Shown: piece after piece, positions 31,200-40,720 of the stretch
Position numbering within the stretch: the stretch's first letter is position 1
How the letters are laid out: each line of letters begins with the position of its first letter
Source: Polyangiales bacterium
Lineage (GTDB): Bacteria > Myxococcota_A > Polyangia > Polyangiales > Polyangiaceae
DNA length: 64,000 bases
Direction: 5' to 3'
Assembly (NCBI GenBank): GCA_038231275.1
Contig: JBBRLQ010000024.1
Coordinates: 32,001 to 96,000 of the forward strand
Notes under the pieces: generated by a model
What the model saw: only the letters and a program-made list of their open reading frames with translations
The model's database searches: none
What the model was told of the DNA's origin: nothing
Position numbers and translations under genes: made by a program

Positions 31200-32585
31200 T
31201 CACTGGATGAGCAGACTTCCCATCGCGCCGTCGTCGGAGAAGACGCGTACTCCCATCGGGCCGCTCTTCGCCGAGCGCGTGACCGTCGCGTCGCGCTCGG
31301 CGCGGACGGCGCGCGCTCCGGGTGCCCGCTCGGAGTGCCACGTGGTCGCGAACGGGCCTTTGCCATCCCACGCCGCCGCGACCGACCACGCGAGCGGCTC
31401 GGTCGGCTCGACCAGCGTGATGCGGGCGCTTCGCTTGTCGCGCTTGTCGCGATGGTCGCGATCGACCTCGACGCGCGGCGGCGGCGCGACGGGCCAGGCA
31501 GCAGAGCGCGTGTGCTCGACGGAGACACCCGCGCCCGCGCGAAGGAGACGCGCGCGCGCGGTCGCAATCGCCGCAGGATTCACGTCGCCGCAGATCGCGC
31601 GACGCCCGGTGGCAAAGGCCGCCTCGGCAGTCGTCCCGCTACCCGAAAACAAATCCACGACGAGCCCGCCCTCCGGGCTCGCGCAGCGCAGGATTCTATC
31701 CAGCAGCGCGCGCGGCTTCTGCGTCGGGTAGCCGGTGCGCTCGCCGGGCTTCGCGTGACGGAGCGGTGGCACGTCGGTCCACAAGGCGTCGACCCGTCGC
31801 TCGCGGCAGAGGACACCCTCGTCGTTCTTCACGAGGAAGTATTTGATGTAGACCTTGCCGCTCGCCGTACGGTGGACGCGTCCGATCTCGTCGAGCTTGG
31901 CGATGGACGCGTCGGTGTAGTCGCCGCGCGGCGCGCTCGTGAAGGGGCGCCCTTGGTCGTCTCGCCGAATGGCGCCGGGCTCGATCGGCTCGAGGCGCGT
32001 CGGCGGCGTGAGCGTCGCGTCGGGGCCGCCGTAGACGACGATCGTGTCGAGTGTGCGACCGAACTGCGCGCTGGTGGCCTGCCGCCCGAGGTTCGGCGCG
32101 CGGCGCCACACGATCTCGTTGATGAACGCGTCGCGGCCCATGATCTCGTCGAGGAGCGCCCGCACGAGGTACGACGCGCGCCAGTCGACGTGGATCCAGA
32201 TCGAGCCCGTCTTCGCGAGGAGGCGCACGCCCGCTTCGATGCGCGGCGCGAGCATGTCGAGGTAGTCAGCGATCTCGCTCCAGCTGTCGCTGTAGGCCTT
32301 GGTCCGGCGCACGCGCCCGTCGGCGGGTCCGTCGAGACGCGCCTCGAGCACGTAGTCCGCTTGCGAGGCGTAGGGAGGATCGATGTAGACGAGATCGACT
32401 TTACCGCCGAGGCCGCGCGCGTGCACGGCGCCAGCGAGCTCGAGGGCGTCGCCCAGCACCAGCGTCTGCGCTCCGTCTCCTACCTGCTCGAGCGCCGAGG
32501 TCCGCTCCCCGGCGAAGAGCGGGAGGCCCGGTTCCCAGACGCGCCGTGGCCAGGTCAGTCGCAGCTCTCGTTTGACCGGCTTCAC
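31200..32585 (-). CDS. Orphan N6A/N4C DNA methyltransferase, beta class, type III Mod-like
   Basis: VDLVYIDPPY precedes YPTQKP and DLFSGSGTT; NEIVW; N-terminal LRLTWP; GTG start inferred. Confidence 0.88.
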   Translation of the reverse strand: MKPVKRELRLTWPRRVWEPGLPLFAGERTSALEQVGDGAQTLVLGDALELAGAVHARGLGGKVDLVYIDPPYASQADYVLEARLDGPADGRVRRTKAYSDSWSEIADYLDMLAPRIEAGVRLLAKTGSIWIHVDWRASYLVRALLDEIMGRDAFINEIVWRRAPNLGRQATSAQFGRTLDTIVVYGGPDATLTPPTRLEPIEPGAIRRDDQGRPFTSAPRGDYTDASIAKLDEIGRVHRTASGKVYIKYFLVKNDEGVLCRERRVDALWTDVPPLRHAKPGERTGYPTQKPRALLDRILRCASPEGGLVVDLFSGSGTTAEAAFATGRRAICGDVNPAAIATARARLLRAGAGVSVEHTRSAAWPVAPPPRVEVDRDHRDKRDKRSARITLVEPTEPLAWSVAAAWDGKGPFATTWHSERAPGARAVRAERDATVTRSAKSGPMGVRVFSDDGAMGSLLIQ

Positions 32586-32586
32586 G

Positions 32587-32622
32587 CATTCACCACATTC
32601 ACCACATTCACCACATTCACCA
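32587..32622. repeat. Perfect 9-bp tandem repeat (CATTCACCA)x4
   Basis: Read directly; ends 1 bp from the inferred methyltransferase start. Confidence 0.95.
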
Positions 32623-32778
32623 GGAGCGAAGAGCTTAGGCCAAATCACGCAGGGGTGCGGCGTGCGCAAAATGTCACACAGTCGTATGTCGTAATGGACC
32701 CGCCTTTGCGGTAGGCTCCTAAAGTTTCCCTGCCCTGAGGATGAAATCCTGAGCGCCCCGCGATCCACCGCCCCCCGC

Positions 32779-34842
32779 TTGATCGACATCCTGCGGGCGC
32801 TGCCCACGGGGGAGCTAGACTCGCTCGTCTCGCGGCTGGGCATCCGCATCGACGCGGCGAAGCGCCTCGATCCGCCGTCGCAGGTGGCGCGTGTGCTCGT
32901 CGGCCTGCCCGACCTGCGCGATCCCTCGCGCCTGCCACAAGCGAGCGTCGAGCTTCTCCATCGCGTCGCGGAGGCGCGAGGCTCGCTCATCGTGCCGTCG
33001 ATTCCCACGGCCCTCGAGCCGCTGTCGGCGCGTGGCCTCATGTTCGCGCGCGGCGAGCGCGGCGCGGTGGAGCTCATTCTGCCGGCGGCGTTCTTGGTGC
33101 AGCTGCGATCGTGGGAGGGCGAGGATCCGCGCGGGATTCGCGCGCTGCTCGCGGGCGCGGCGTTCGAGACGGCGAGCGCCATCGCGGCGCACTACCTGGG
33201 TCGCCCTGCGACGCCACCCATCGCGTTGTCGCTGGAGCTCGCGTGGGAGGTGCTCGGCGATCCGGTGCGCCTCAAGGAAGAAGTCCACAAGCTCTCGGTG
33301 ACCGAGCGACGCGTCCTCGAGAGCGTCGAGCGCGAGGGCGGAGAGGTCGACACCGAAGAGCTCCTCGAGCTTGAGAAGGAGCCGCTGCGCCTCCGGACCG
33401 CCACCGGCGCGACCCCTTCGCGGCGCGGCGTCGGATTCTCGCTCGAGCGACGCGGCGTGCTGGTGCCCGTGCACCCGAACCGCCACATCGTCCCGACCGA
33501 GGTCGCGCACATCATCAACGCCGACGGCCTCGCCGAGCGAGAGGCGCGACGCGAGCAGGTGAAGAGCTTCGTCGCGGAGGGCGATCATGCGCCGAGGCGC
33601 GCGCGCTTCACGCAAGATCCTTCGCCGATCGCGATGGGCCTCGCCCTCGTCGCGCGCGAGCCCGGCAACGAGGTGCGCGCCGGCATCGGCACCCCCAAGT
33701 CGCTCGTCCAGAAGCTCTCGACGCGTTTCGGACGCGATCCCGAACATGTGTCTCTCATCGTGGCCCTGTCGCGCGCGGTCGGCCTCTGGGACGTGTCCGC
33801 GACTTCGCAGGCGGCGCCGCCGGGGTCGCTCGCCGTGCACGAGCTCACGCGACTCCTCTTCGGCGCGTGGCGTCGCGGCGGCGCGTGGGACGAGGCGCGC
33901 CCCGAGCCCGAGATGCTTCGCGTCGCGGTCGACGCGCGCGATCCGAGCCCCGTCGGCGTCGTTCGCGAGATGGTGCTCGAGTCGCTGAAGGATCTCGGTG
34001 AAGGACGCTGGGTGCCGTGGGCCTCGCTCTCCGGGTACCTGCGGACGGACCATCGCGTGCCCGGCCTGACGCGCCTCCTGCGACGGTGGGCGGAGCGCGT
34101 TGGCGTCGAGGTGACGGAGCCCATGGAGGTCGCGCGACGCATCGCGCAGGCGAGCCTGCCTGCGCTCGGCATCGTCGACCTCGGCGAGGACGACGCGGAA
34201 GAAGGCGGGACGAGCCCTCAGATCGCGCTTCGCCTCACGCCGCGCGGGCGTTCGCTCCTCTCCGAAAGGCCGCCGACGCTCGACGGGACGAAATCGAAGT
34301 TCCTCGACACGCACGTCCTGCGCATCGGGCCGAGCACGCGCGTCCATGCGCTCCTCGCGATCGCTCCGTTCATCGAGGTCGGCCGCGCGACCGACACGCT
34401 CGATCTCATCGTCGCGCCGCAGACGCTCGCGCGCGCGCTGTCCGCCGGTTTCGAGGCCGACGCGCTTCGCCAACGCATCGAAGCCGTCGCGCCGCTGCCC
34501 GAGACGCTCTCGCGCACGCTGGCGCAGGCGAGCGTGGTCGTCGGCCGCGGGACGTTCAGCGCAGGCGCAGGGTTCCTCTGGGTCGAGGACCACAACGTCC
34601 GCGAGCTGCTTCGCACGCGACGCCCGACCGCGGAGCTCTTCGTCGATCCGTCGCCGCCCGCGGGGCTCATCGTGCAGGCCGGCGTCGATCTGGATCGCCT
34701 CAGCCGCCGATGCCGCACCATCGGTGTGGAAGTGCTCGTGGACGGTCAGGTGATCCGCGCCAAGACGCAGCCGCCGCCGCCCGTCCGCGCGACGCCGCTC
34801 GGCACGCGCGCCACGAAGGACGACAAGAAAGACGACCGCTGA
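32779..34842 (+). CDS. Helicase-associated domain protein (XPB-partner / Helicase_C_3-like), no Walker motifs
   Basis: C-terminal TLARALSAGFEADALRQRIE..PLPETL resembles the XPB N-terminal-like domain; winged-helix-like segments. Confidence 0.55.
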   Translation: MIDILRALPTGELDSLVSRLGIRIDAAKRLDPPSQVARVLVGLPDLRDPSRLPQASVELLHRVAEARGSLIVPSIPTALEPLSARGLMFARGERGAVELILPAAFLVQLRSWEGEDPRGIRALLAGAAFETASAIAAHYLGRPATPPIALSLELAWEVLGDPVRLKEEVHKLSVTERRVLESVEREGGEVDTEELLELEKEPLRLRTATGATPSRRGVGFSLERRGVLVPVHPNRHIVPTEVAHIINADGLAEREARREQVKSFVAEGDHAPRRARFTQDPSPIAMGLALVAREPGNEVRAGIGTPKSLVQKLSTRFGRDPEHVSLIVALSRAVGLWDVSATSQAAPPGSLAVHELTRLLFGAWRRGGAWDEARPEPEMLRVAVDARDPSPVGVVREMVLESLKDLGEGRWVPWASLSGYLRTDHRVPGLTRLLRRWAERVGVEVTEPMEVARRIAQASLPALGIVDLGEDDAEEGGTSPQIALRLTPRGRSLLSERPPTLDGTKSKFLDTHVLRIGPSTRVHALLAIAPFIEVGRATDTLDLIVAPQTLARALSAGFEADALRQRIEAVAPLPETLSRTLAQASVVVGRGTFSAGAGFLWVEDHNVRELLRTRRPTAELFVDPSPPAGLIVQAGVDLDRLSRRCRTIGVEVLVDGQVIRAKTQPPPPVRATPLGTRATKDDKKDDR

Positions 34843-34852
34843 CCCCGACCCG

Positions 34853-36109
34853 CTACTTCGAAACGCGAACGATTGACCTGTCCGCCGTGAAGAAGAGCGC
34901 TGGACCGTCTGGCGCGAGCAGCGTGTCGACGGAGTAGATCAACGGCTGAACGATCGTCACCGCGCCCTTACCGCACTTGGCGCGGCGAAAGAGCACGGAA
35001 TTCGAGGCGAACGGGACGTCCTGCGCGAGCCAGTACACGTGGGTCGCGTCGACGGCGATCGACGTGACGATCGGCACCTCGGGTACCTCGGCGACGAGGA
35101 TCGGCGCGTCGCCGTGCTGCGCGGACGCCGGCAGCCGGTAGATGCGCCCCGTGAGTGAGTCTCCCCAGTAAACGTCCTCTCCGTCCGTCGCAATCGCGAG
35201 CGGTCGACCCGCGTCGTCCACGACGAGCCTCGGGCCTTGCTCGGCGGCCTTCACCTGCCCGCCGCCGGCCTCGGGAGCGTCGGGCGCCGTCACCCAGTAG
35301 AGGCTCGTGCGGGTGCGGACGAGCGTCCGCAGGACAAATGGCTCGGCGGCGAACGCCGTCACGCTGCCGTCGAAGGCGGAGCGCGCGACGCGGCTCCCAT
35401 TGAGATCGGTATACGCGAGGTCCCCCGGCTCCAGGGCGATGTGGCCCGCGTGCACCGCGGTGAGCTCCTGCCAATCCCCGCCATCGCGGCGAACGCTCGC
35501 GACGGAGCCGCGCTCGCGGATCCAAAAGCGGTCGGGGCTGCTCACCGCCTCCAAGAGCACTTGATCGCCGTTCGGATCGCTGCCGTCGGGGACGTCGTGA
35601 ACCGCGACTACTTCGCCGCCGGCGCCTGCAGCCGCGCCGACCGGAGCTCGCTGGAGCGTGTATCCAGAGACCCAGTAGACGTACCCGTCCTCGACGAACA
35701 CGGCCCGACTTTCCTGATCGGGCAAACCGGCGAGCGCCATCCGATCGCAATAACCGCCGTTGCAGTGGCCGAAGGCGCACGCGTGATCGCAGCGCCCGCA
35801 GTGGTCGTCGCGCGAGAGCAGGTCGACGCCAGCCTCGGTACCACAGTCGGCGTATTGCGAGACTCCCGCATCGGTGCCGGCGCTTGGAGGATCAGGCAGG
35901 CACAGGGGCCCTGTGTCGGCGGTGGCTGCCTCCGACGCGTCCGAGGGGAGCGTCGTCGCATCGGCAGCATCCGCCAAGCTGGCGTCTCCGGAGTCGGGAC
36001 CGCCGTCCGGCGCCGTGTAGCCGACGTCGTCGAGCGAGAGAATGCCCGCGCACGCGAGGGGCCCACCGAAGACGAGAAGGAGGACGGCGGCGGCGCGCGC
36101 TCGACTCAT
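34853..36109 (-). CDS. Lipoprotein with Cys-rich segment and beta-propeller repeats
   Basis: PLAC lipobox; HCGRCDHAC; repeated YVYW, DVYW, HVYW blades. Confidence 0.7.
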   Translation of the reverse strand: MSRARAAAVLLLVFGGPLACAGILSLDDVGYTAPDGGPDSGDASLADAADATTLPSDASEAATADTGPLCLPDPPSAGTDAGVSQYADCGTEAGVDLLSRDDHCGRCDHACAFGHCNGGYCDRMALAGLPDQESRAVFVEDGYVYWVSGYTLQRAPVGAAAGAGGEVVAVHDVPDGSDPNGDQVLLEAVSSPDRFWIRERGSVASVRRDGGDWQELTAVHAGHIALEPGDLAYTDLNGSRVARSAFDGSVTAFAAEPFVLRTLVRTRTSLYWVTAPDAPEAGGGQVKAAEQGPRLVVDDAGRPLAIATDGEDVYWGDSLTGRIYRLPASAQHGDAPILVAEVPEVPIVTSIAVDATHVYWLAQDVPFASNSVLFRRAKCGKGAVTIVQPLIYSVDTLLAPDGPALFFTADRSIVRVSK

Positions 36110-37392
36110 TCGGACTCGACGATCGCGACGCGTTCATCGGCCCAGGCGCTCCGCGGCGCCCGCGTAGTCCGGGCGACCACGCCGCCGGCGCGCACGAACA
36201 CCTCCACCGGCAGCGCGCGCCCGTTGTACTGGCTCGCCATCGTGTACCCGTACGCGCCCGCATCGAGGATGGCGACGACCGACGGCGGCTCCTTCGGCAG
36301 CGCGTGCTCTCCGAAATCGCACGAGCTCTCGCACACCGGCCCGACGACGCGCCACGGGACCGTCTCACCGGAGCCGCCAGCGCCGGGCACCGCGACGATG
36401 CGGTGACGCGCCTGATAGAGTGCGGGGCGGATGAGATCGTTCATGCCGGCGTCGAGCATGAGCCAGCGGCGCGCGGCGTCGCCCGTCACCGTCTCCTTCT
36501 TCTGAATCACGCGCGAGAGGAGAAGTCCGTGCGCTCCGACGAGCGCGCGTCCCGGCTCGACGTGGAGCGAGAGTCCGGCGAGACCGGCGCCACGCAGCTC
36601 CGCGCGCGCCGCGGCGACGAAATCGGCTGGGCGGACCGGGCAGCCGTCGCCGTAGTCGATGCCGAAGCCCCCGCCGGTATCGACGAACTCAAGGGGAGCT
36701 CCCGCGGCTCTGGCGCGTGCCGCGAACCCGAGCAAAACGCGTGCACTCTGCACGTAAGGGTCGACGGCGGTGAGCTGCGAGCCGACGTGACACGCCACCC
36801 CGACCAGCGCGACGTTCGGGAGCGCGACCGCGCGCGCGATCGCCAAGTCCACGTCGCCGCGCGGGACGCCGAACTTCGCCTCGTCATGCCCCGTCGTGAT
36901 GTGCGCGTGCGTGCCGATGTCACCGGCGTCGACCTGGGGGTTCACGCGAATGCTTACGCGTGCGATCTGCCTCGCCGCGCGGGCGCGTGCGTCGACTCGC
37001 TCCAGCTCCTCGAGACTCTCGACCTGCACCGCGCAGATGCCGCGCGCGATGGCGAGATCGAGCTCGTCATCGGTCTTGGCGACGCCGCTGTAGACAACGT
37101 GCGCCGGCGCCATTCCGCACGCGAGCGCCAGCAAGAGCTCGGCGCCGCTCACGACGTCGGCCCCGCACCCTTCACGCGCCAACGCCCGCACGATCGGCCC
37201 CGCGCTGTTCGCCTTGATCGCGTACGCGACGAGCCCAGTCGGATCCGTCGTCACCCGCATCGCCCGGACGAGCTCCCGCGCGTCGTCCGCGATGCCGTCG
37301 AGGTCGTACACGTACGTCGGCGTCCCGATGCGCGAATCGCCCGCCACCGCGAGCGACAGACCTAACAGTTTCCGGTGTGTTTCCGAGCTCAC
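36106..37392 (-). CDS. lysA: Diaminopimelate decarboxylase
   Basis: YAIKAN, DVVSGAEL, HVGSQ, DTGGGFG, EPGR, VGPVCESSCD, DAGAYG; start inferred. Confidence 0.93.
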   Translation of the reverse strand: MSSETHRKLLGLSLAVAGDSRIGTPTYVYDLDGIADDARELVRAMRVTTDPTGLVAYAIKANSAGPIVRALAREGCGADVVSGAELLLALACGMAPAHVVYSGVAKTDDELDLAIARGICAVQVESLEELERVDARARAARQIARVSIRVNPQVDAGDIGTHAHITTGHDEAKFGVPRGDVDLAIARAVALPNVALVGVACHVGSQLTAVDPYVQSARVLLGFAARARAAGAPLEFVDTGGGFGIDYGDGCPVRPADFVAAARAELRGAGLAGLSLHVEPGRALVGAHGLLLSRVIQKKETVTGDAARRWLMLDAGMNDLIRPALYQARHRIVAVPGAGGSGETVPWRVVGPVCESSCDFGEHALPKEPPSVVAILDAGAYGYTMASQYNGRALPVEVFVRAGGVVARTTRAPRSAWADERVAIVESE

Positions 37393-37440
37393 GGTGTTTC
37401 GCGCTTCGTTTCCCGTCCACTTTGGCATAAGTACCAGGCA

Positions 37441-38853
37441 ATGGCGATCCGCCGCGCCAAGCTCGTGTGCACGCTCGGCCCTGCGTGCAGCACCGTCGAG
37501 GGGCTCGAGAGCCTCATCGCCGCCGGCATGGACGTCGCGCGCCTGAACTTCTCGCACGGCACCCACGCGCAGCACGGCGAGCAGCTCGCGCGCCTGCGCA
37601 AGGCCAGCGACAACCAGCGGAAGGCCGTCGCCGCGCTGCAAGATCTCTGCGGCCCGAAGATTCGCACCGGCAGCTTCGCGTGCAACTTCACTCTGCCGAC
37701 CGGCGTCGAGGTCACGCTCGTCGAAGGCGAGGCGTCCGCCGACGAGCGCGTCATCCCCATCCAGTACGAGGGCCTCGCGGGCGACGTGCGCGTCGGCGAT
37801 GTCATCTTGTTCGACGACGGTCGCCTCGTCCTCCGTGTTCACGGCATCGAGGGCGAGAGCGTCAAGGCGAAGGTCGAGCAGGGTGGCGGAATGCGCAACC
37901 ACGTCGGCGTGCACCTGCCGAGCAAGACGATGCGCGTCAGCGCCCTCACCGAAAAGGACAAGGAGGATCTGTCCTTCGGCCTCTCGTCGGGCGTCGACTA
38001 CATCGCGCTCAGCTTCGTGCGCCGCGCCGACGACATCAAGCTCGTGCGAGAAATCGCGCTCGAGTGGGGCCAGCCCACGCCCATCGTCGCCAAGATCGAG
38101 ACCCCCGACGCGATCGAGAACCTCGAGTCGATCGTCGCGGCCTCCGACGGCGTGATGGTGGCGCGCGGCGATCTCGGCGTCGAGTTCCCGCCCGAGCGCG
38201 TGCCGGTCATCCAGCGTCAAATCCTGGGCGTCGCGCGGCGCGTGCGGCGACCCGTCATCGTCGCGACCGAGATGCTCCAGTCGATGACGAAGGCGACGCG
38301 ACCGACGCGCGCCGAAGCGAGCGACGTCGCGAACGCGGTCTTCTCGGGCACCGATGCGCTCATGCTCTCGGGCGAGACCGCGACCGGCGATCACCCTTCC
38401 CTCGCCGCGCAAATGATGAGCCGCATCGCGATGGAGGCGGAGACCAGCCCCTTCTACGAGCAAGTCCCCTACGCAAGCCGCGCGACCAGCATCGCCGAGG
38501 CCGTGGCGCGCGGCGCCTGCAACACCGCGCGCGAGATCGGCGCGCGCTACCTCGTCGCCTTCACGGAGAGCGGCTCGTCGGCGATGAACGTGAGCCTCGC
38601 GCGCCCGTCGGTCCCGATCATCGCGTTCTCGCCCAACGCCAAGACGCGCCGACGCATGAACCTCTTCTGGGGCGTCATCCCGCGCGACATGCCGCAAGGC
38701 GTCATCGATCCCGACAAGCTCGTCGACTTCTGCACCGCCGATCTCATGGCGAACGGCCTCGCCTCGCCCGGCGAGCGCGTCGTCATCGTCTTCGGCGCGC
38801 CGATCGGCGTCAGCGGAAGTACGAACACGATCCGCGTGCACGTCCTCGGCTGA
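37441..38853 (+). CDS. pyk: Pyruvate kinase
   Basis: KLVCTLGPA, ARLNFSHG, AKIET, MVARGDLGVE, PTRAEASDVANAV. Confidence 0.97.
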   Translation: MAIRRAKLVCTLGPACSTVEGLESLIAAGMDVARLNFSHGTHAQHGEQLARLRKASDNQRKAVAALQDLCGPKIRTGSFACNFTLPTGVEVTLVEGEASADERVIPIQYEGLAGDVRVGDVILFDDGRLVLRVHGIEGESVKAKVEQGGGMRNHVGVHLPSKTMRVSALTEKDKEDLSFGLSSGVDYIALSFVRRADDIKLVREIALEWGQPTPIVAKIETPDAIENLESIVAASDGVMVARGDLGVEFPPERVPVIQRQILGVARRVRRPVIVATEMLQSMTKATRPTRAEASDVANAVFSGTDALMLSGETATGDHPSLAAQMMSRIAMEAETSPFYEQVPYASRATSIAEAVARGACNTAREIGARYLVAFTESGSSAMNVSLARPSVPIIAFSPNAKTRRRMNLFWGVIPRDMPQGVIDPDKLVDFCTADLMANGLASPGERVVIVFGAPIGVSGSTNTIRVHVLG

Positions 38854-38874
38854 ATCGCCGTCCGACGAAGAAGC

Positions 38875-40062
38875 TCAGCGCGTGATCGTCGCGCAGCCGA
38901 GGACGATCGAGACTTTGCCTTTCGCGTCGTTCTTGACGGAGTTGCAGTCGGCTCCGTGCAGGATCACCTTCGAAGGGTTCTTCGGATCGTCGTAGGTCCA
39001 GCCGTCGGTGCCGTTCTGAACGAGCACGTGCTGCACGCCGTTTCCGTCGATGTAGATGACGTTCACTTGAGAAGGATCGACCGCGCCGCCCTTGGTGAGG
39101 ACAAACTCGCAAGTCGCGACCGCGCTGCGGATCTTGTTGATCGCGTCGATGAAGTCCTGCGTGAGCTGCTGAACGCTCTTGCCGCCCGGGGTCACCTGGA
39201 AGTGGCAGGTGCGCGTGGGATCGGAGTTCTCGGTCGGGTTGCACCCGGCCGGCGCGGCGCCACCCGCGACGGCGAGCGCGCCCATGAACGCGGGGTCGTA
39301 GCTCTTCGTGTCGGTGCTTGGGAACGGGCCGATGCCGACGGCGAACGTAGCGATGCCCTTCTTGAGCTCGGCCGAGACGAGCGCGGCGTCGTCCGACACG
39401 TTGCTGTCGGTGGGGACGCCGTCGGTCATCAGCACGATGACCTTCTTGCCGCTCGAGAGGAGCGGCGCCTTTGGCGTGAAGGCCTCGAGCGACGCGAACG
39501 CGCCGCTGAGCGCGGTCTTGGTCGGCGTGTCGCCGGCAGGGCCCGACGGCTGGATGCGGCCATGGAGCTTGTCCCTCTGCCCCTTGTCGACGAAGGCGAT
39601 CGGCACGTCGATGTTCGTCGGGTACGGGCCGGCGCAGCTGCCTTTGAGCGGGCCGAACGGCGTCTGGATGATCTGGCACGTCGGGTCGAGGTTGTCGGCG
39701 AAAGCGATGAGCCCGACGCCGAAGGCCGGATCGTTCTTGGCGAGCAGATCGTCGAAGATGGCGTCGAGCGCGGGGACGACCGCGGCCCACTTGTTGTCGT
39801 TGTCCATGCTGCCGGAGCCGTCGAGGACGATCTGCATGTAGACGGGCGCGCGCTGCGCGTCGGCGGTCGCGTTGGCGCAGCCGCCGTCGAGGATGTTGGT
39901 GCCGCCGCTCGAGCCGAGGCCCGCGTCGTTGCCGCCGCCGAACGCTCCGCTGCTCCCCGAAGGATCGGTGAACCCCGAAGGTCCCTTGCCCGAGCACGCC
40001 ACCATCACGAGCGCCGTCCCCGCCACCGCGCCCGCACGGCGCGCCCATTTCGTCCCGCTCAT
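38875..40062 (-). CDS. vWA-domain lipoprotein
   Basis: MVAC lipobox; MIDAS DGSGS, TPT, LMTDG; Cys-containing C-terminal domain. Confidence 0.82.
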   Translation of the reverse strand: MSGTKWARRAGAVAGTALVMVACSGKGPSGFTDPSGSSGAFGGGNDAGLGSSGGTNILDGGCANATADAQRAPVYMQIVLDGSGSMDNDNKWAAVVPALDAIFDDLLAKNDPAFGVGLIAFADNLDPTCQIIQTPFGPLKGSCAGPYPTNIDVPIAFVDKGQRDKLHGRIQPSGPAGDTPTKTALSGAFASLEAFTPKAPLLSSGKKVIVLMTDGVPTDSNVSDDAALVSAELKKGIATFAVGIGPFPSTDTKSYDPAFMGALAVAGGAAPAGCNPTENSDPTRTCHFQVTPGGKSVQQLTQDFIDAINKIRSAVATCEFVLTKGGAVDPSQVNVIYIDGNGVQHVLVQNGTDGWTYDDPKNPSKVILHGADCNSVKNDAKGKVSIVLGCATITR

Positions 40063-40176
40063 CGTCTACTCCTGTGCTTCAACGCCGGACTTTGCGCATT
40101 CGGCGCCTCGCGCCGCAAGCCGTGAAGACGCCGTGAGATGCAACGGGGACGGCCCGAGCATGTGCCGAGATGTGCG

Positions 40177-40677
40177 CTAGGCCGTCTTGGCGGAAAAACC
40201 GTGCTCGGCGCGTCTCCACAGGGAGACAGGGAGGGCATTTCCACGGCGGCGGCGGAGGTCGATGATGCGGGCGCTGGTGAGCGGCACGGTGAAGACCTCG
40301 TCGACGACCGCCGCCTCGGAGAGACCGAAGAGGCGCACGAGGATAAGTTGCATAGTGCATGCATCCTCTTCTTCGCGGTCGGCGACCTGGGGTTCGACGA
40401 CGCGCGGGGCGTCGCTGTGGCGATACGGATCGACGCCGAGCCCGAACTCCGGATGAACGCGCCGCTCGGGATCCGAGACGAGCAGGTGGGCGACCTCGTG
40501 GCACTGGCTCTCGAGCGTGAGGCCGGTGGGCCGGAGGTGGCGACCGTTCCACGAGTAGCGCGTCTTTCGGTGCGGGCGGCGGGAGAAGAAGATCTTCGCG
40601 CCGGGTACGACGCGGTCGACGAGGGTGCGCAGCTCACGCTCCACGGCGCGGCGGACGGCGGGAGCGACCTCGTTCAT
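40177..40677 (-). CDS. HExxH protein resembling the EF-P hydroxylase EpmC/YfcM family
   Basis: CHEVAHLLVSDPERRVHPEFGLG and EEDAC; start inferred. Confidence 0.5.
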   Translation of the reverse strand: MNEVAPAVRRAVERELRTLVDRVVPGAKIFFSRRPHRKTRYSWNGRHLRPTGLTLESQCHEVAHLLVSDPERRVHPEFGLGVDPYRHSDAPRVVEPQVADREEEDACTMQLILVRLFGLSEAAVVDEVFTVPLTSARIIDLRRRRGNALPVSLWRRAEHGFSAKTA

Positions 40678-40720
40678 CGGTCGCCATGGTAACCGGCTCT
40701 CAGATGAGAAGCGCGACTCC

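Noticed and set aside
32587..32622. Short tandem repeats as a possible CRISPR array (also 54993-55016 and 57665-57697)
   Set aside because: Units are 6-9 bp with no spacers, and there are no cas genes.
31200..33182. 660-aa version of the methyltransferase
   Set aside because: The N-terminal ~200 aa overlap the divergent gene in antisense and cross the spacer. MTase-like sequence starts near 32585.
29339..34842. Defence island or mobile element around HD, MTase and helicase-associated genes
   Set aside because: No integrase, transposase, nuclease, flanking repeats or visible GC shift; neighbours are housekeeping genes.
36106..38841. 911-aa LysA fusion
   Set aside because: The extension is the antisense of pyk; LysA proper starts near 37392.
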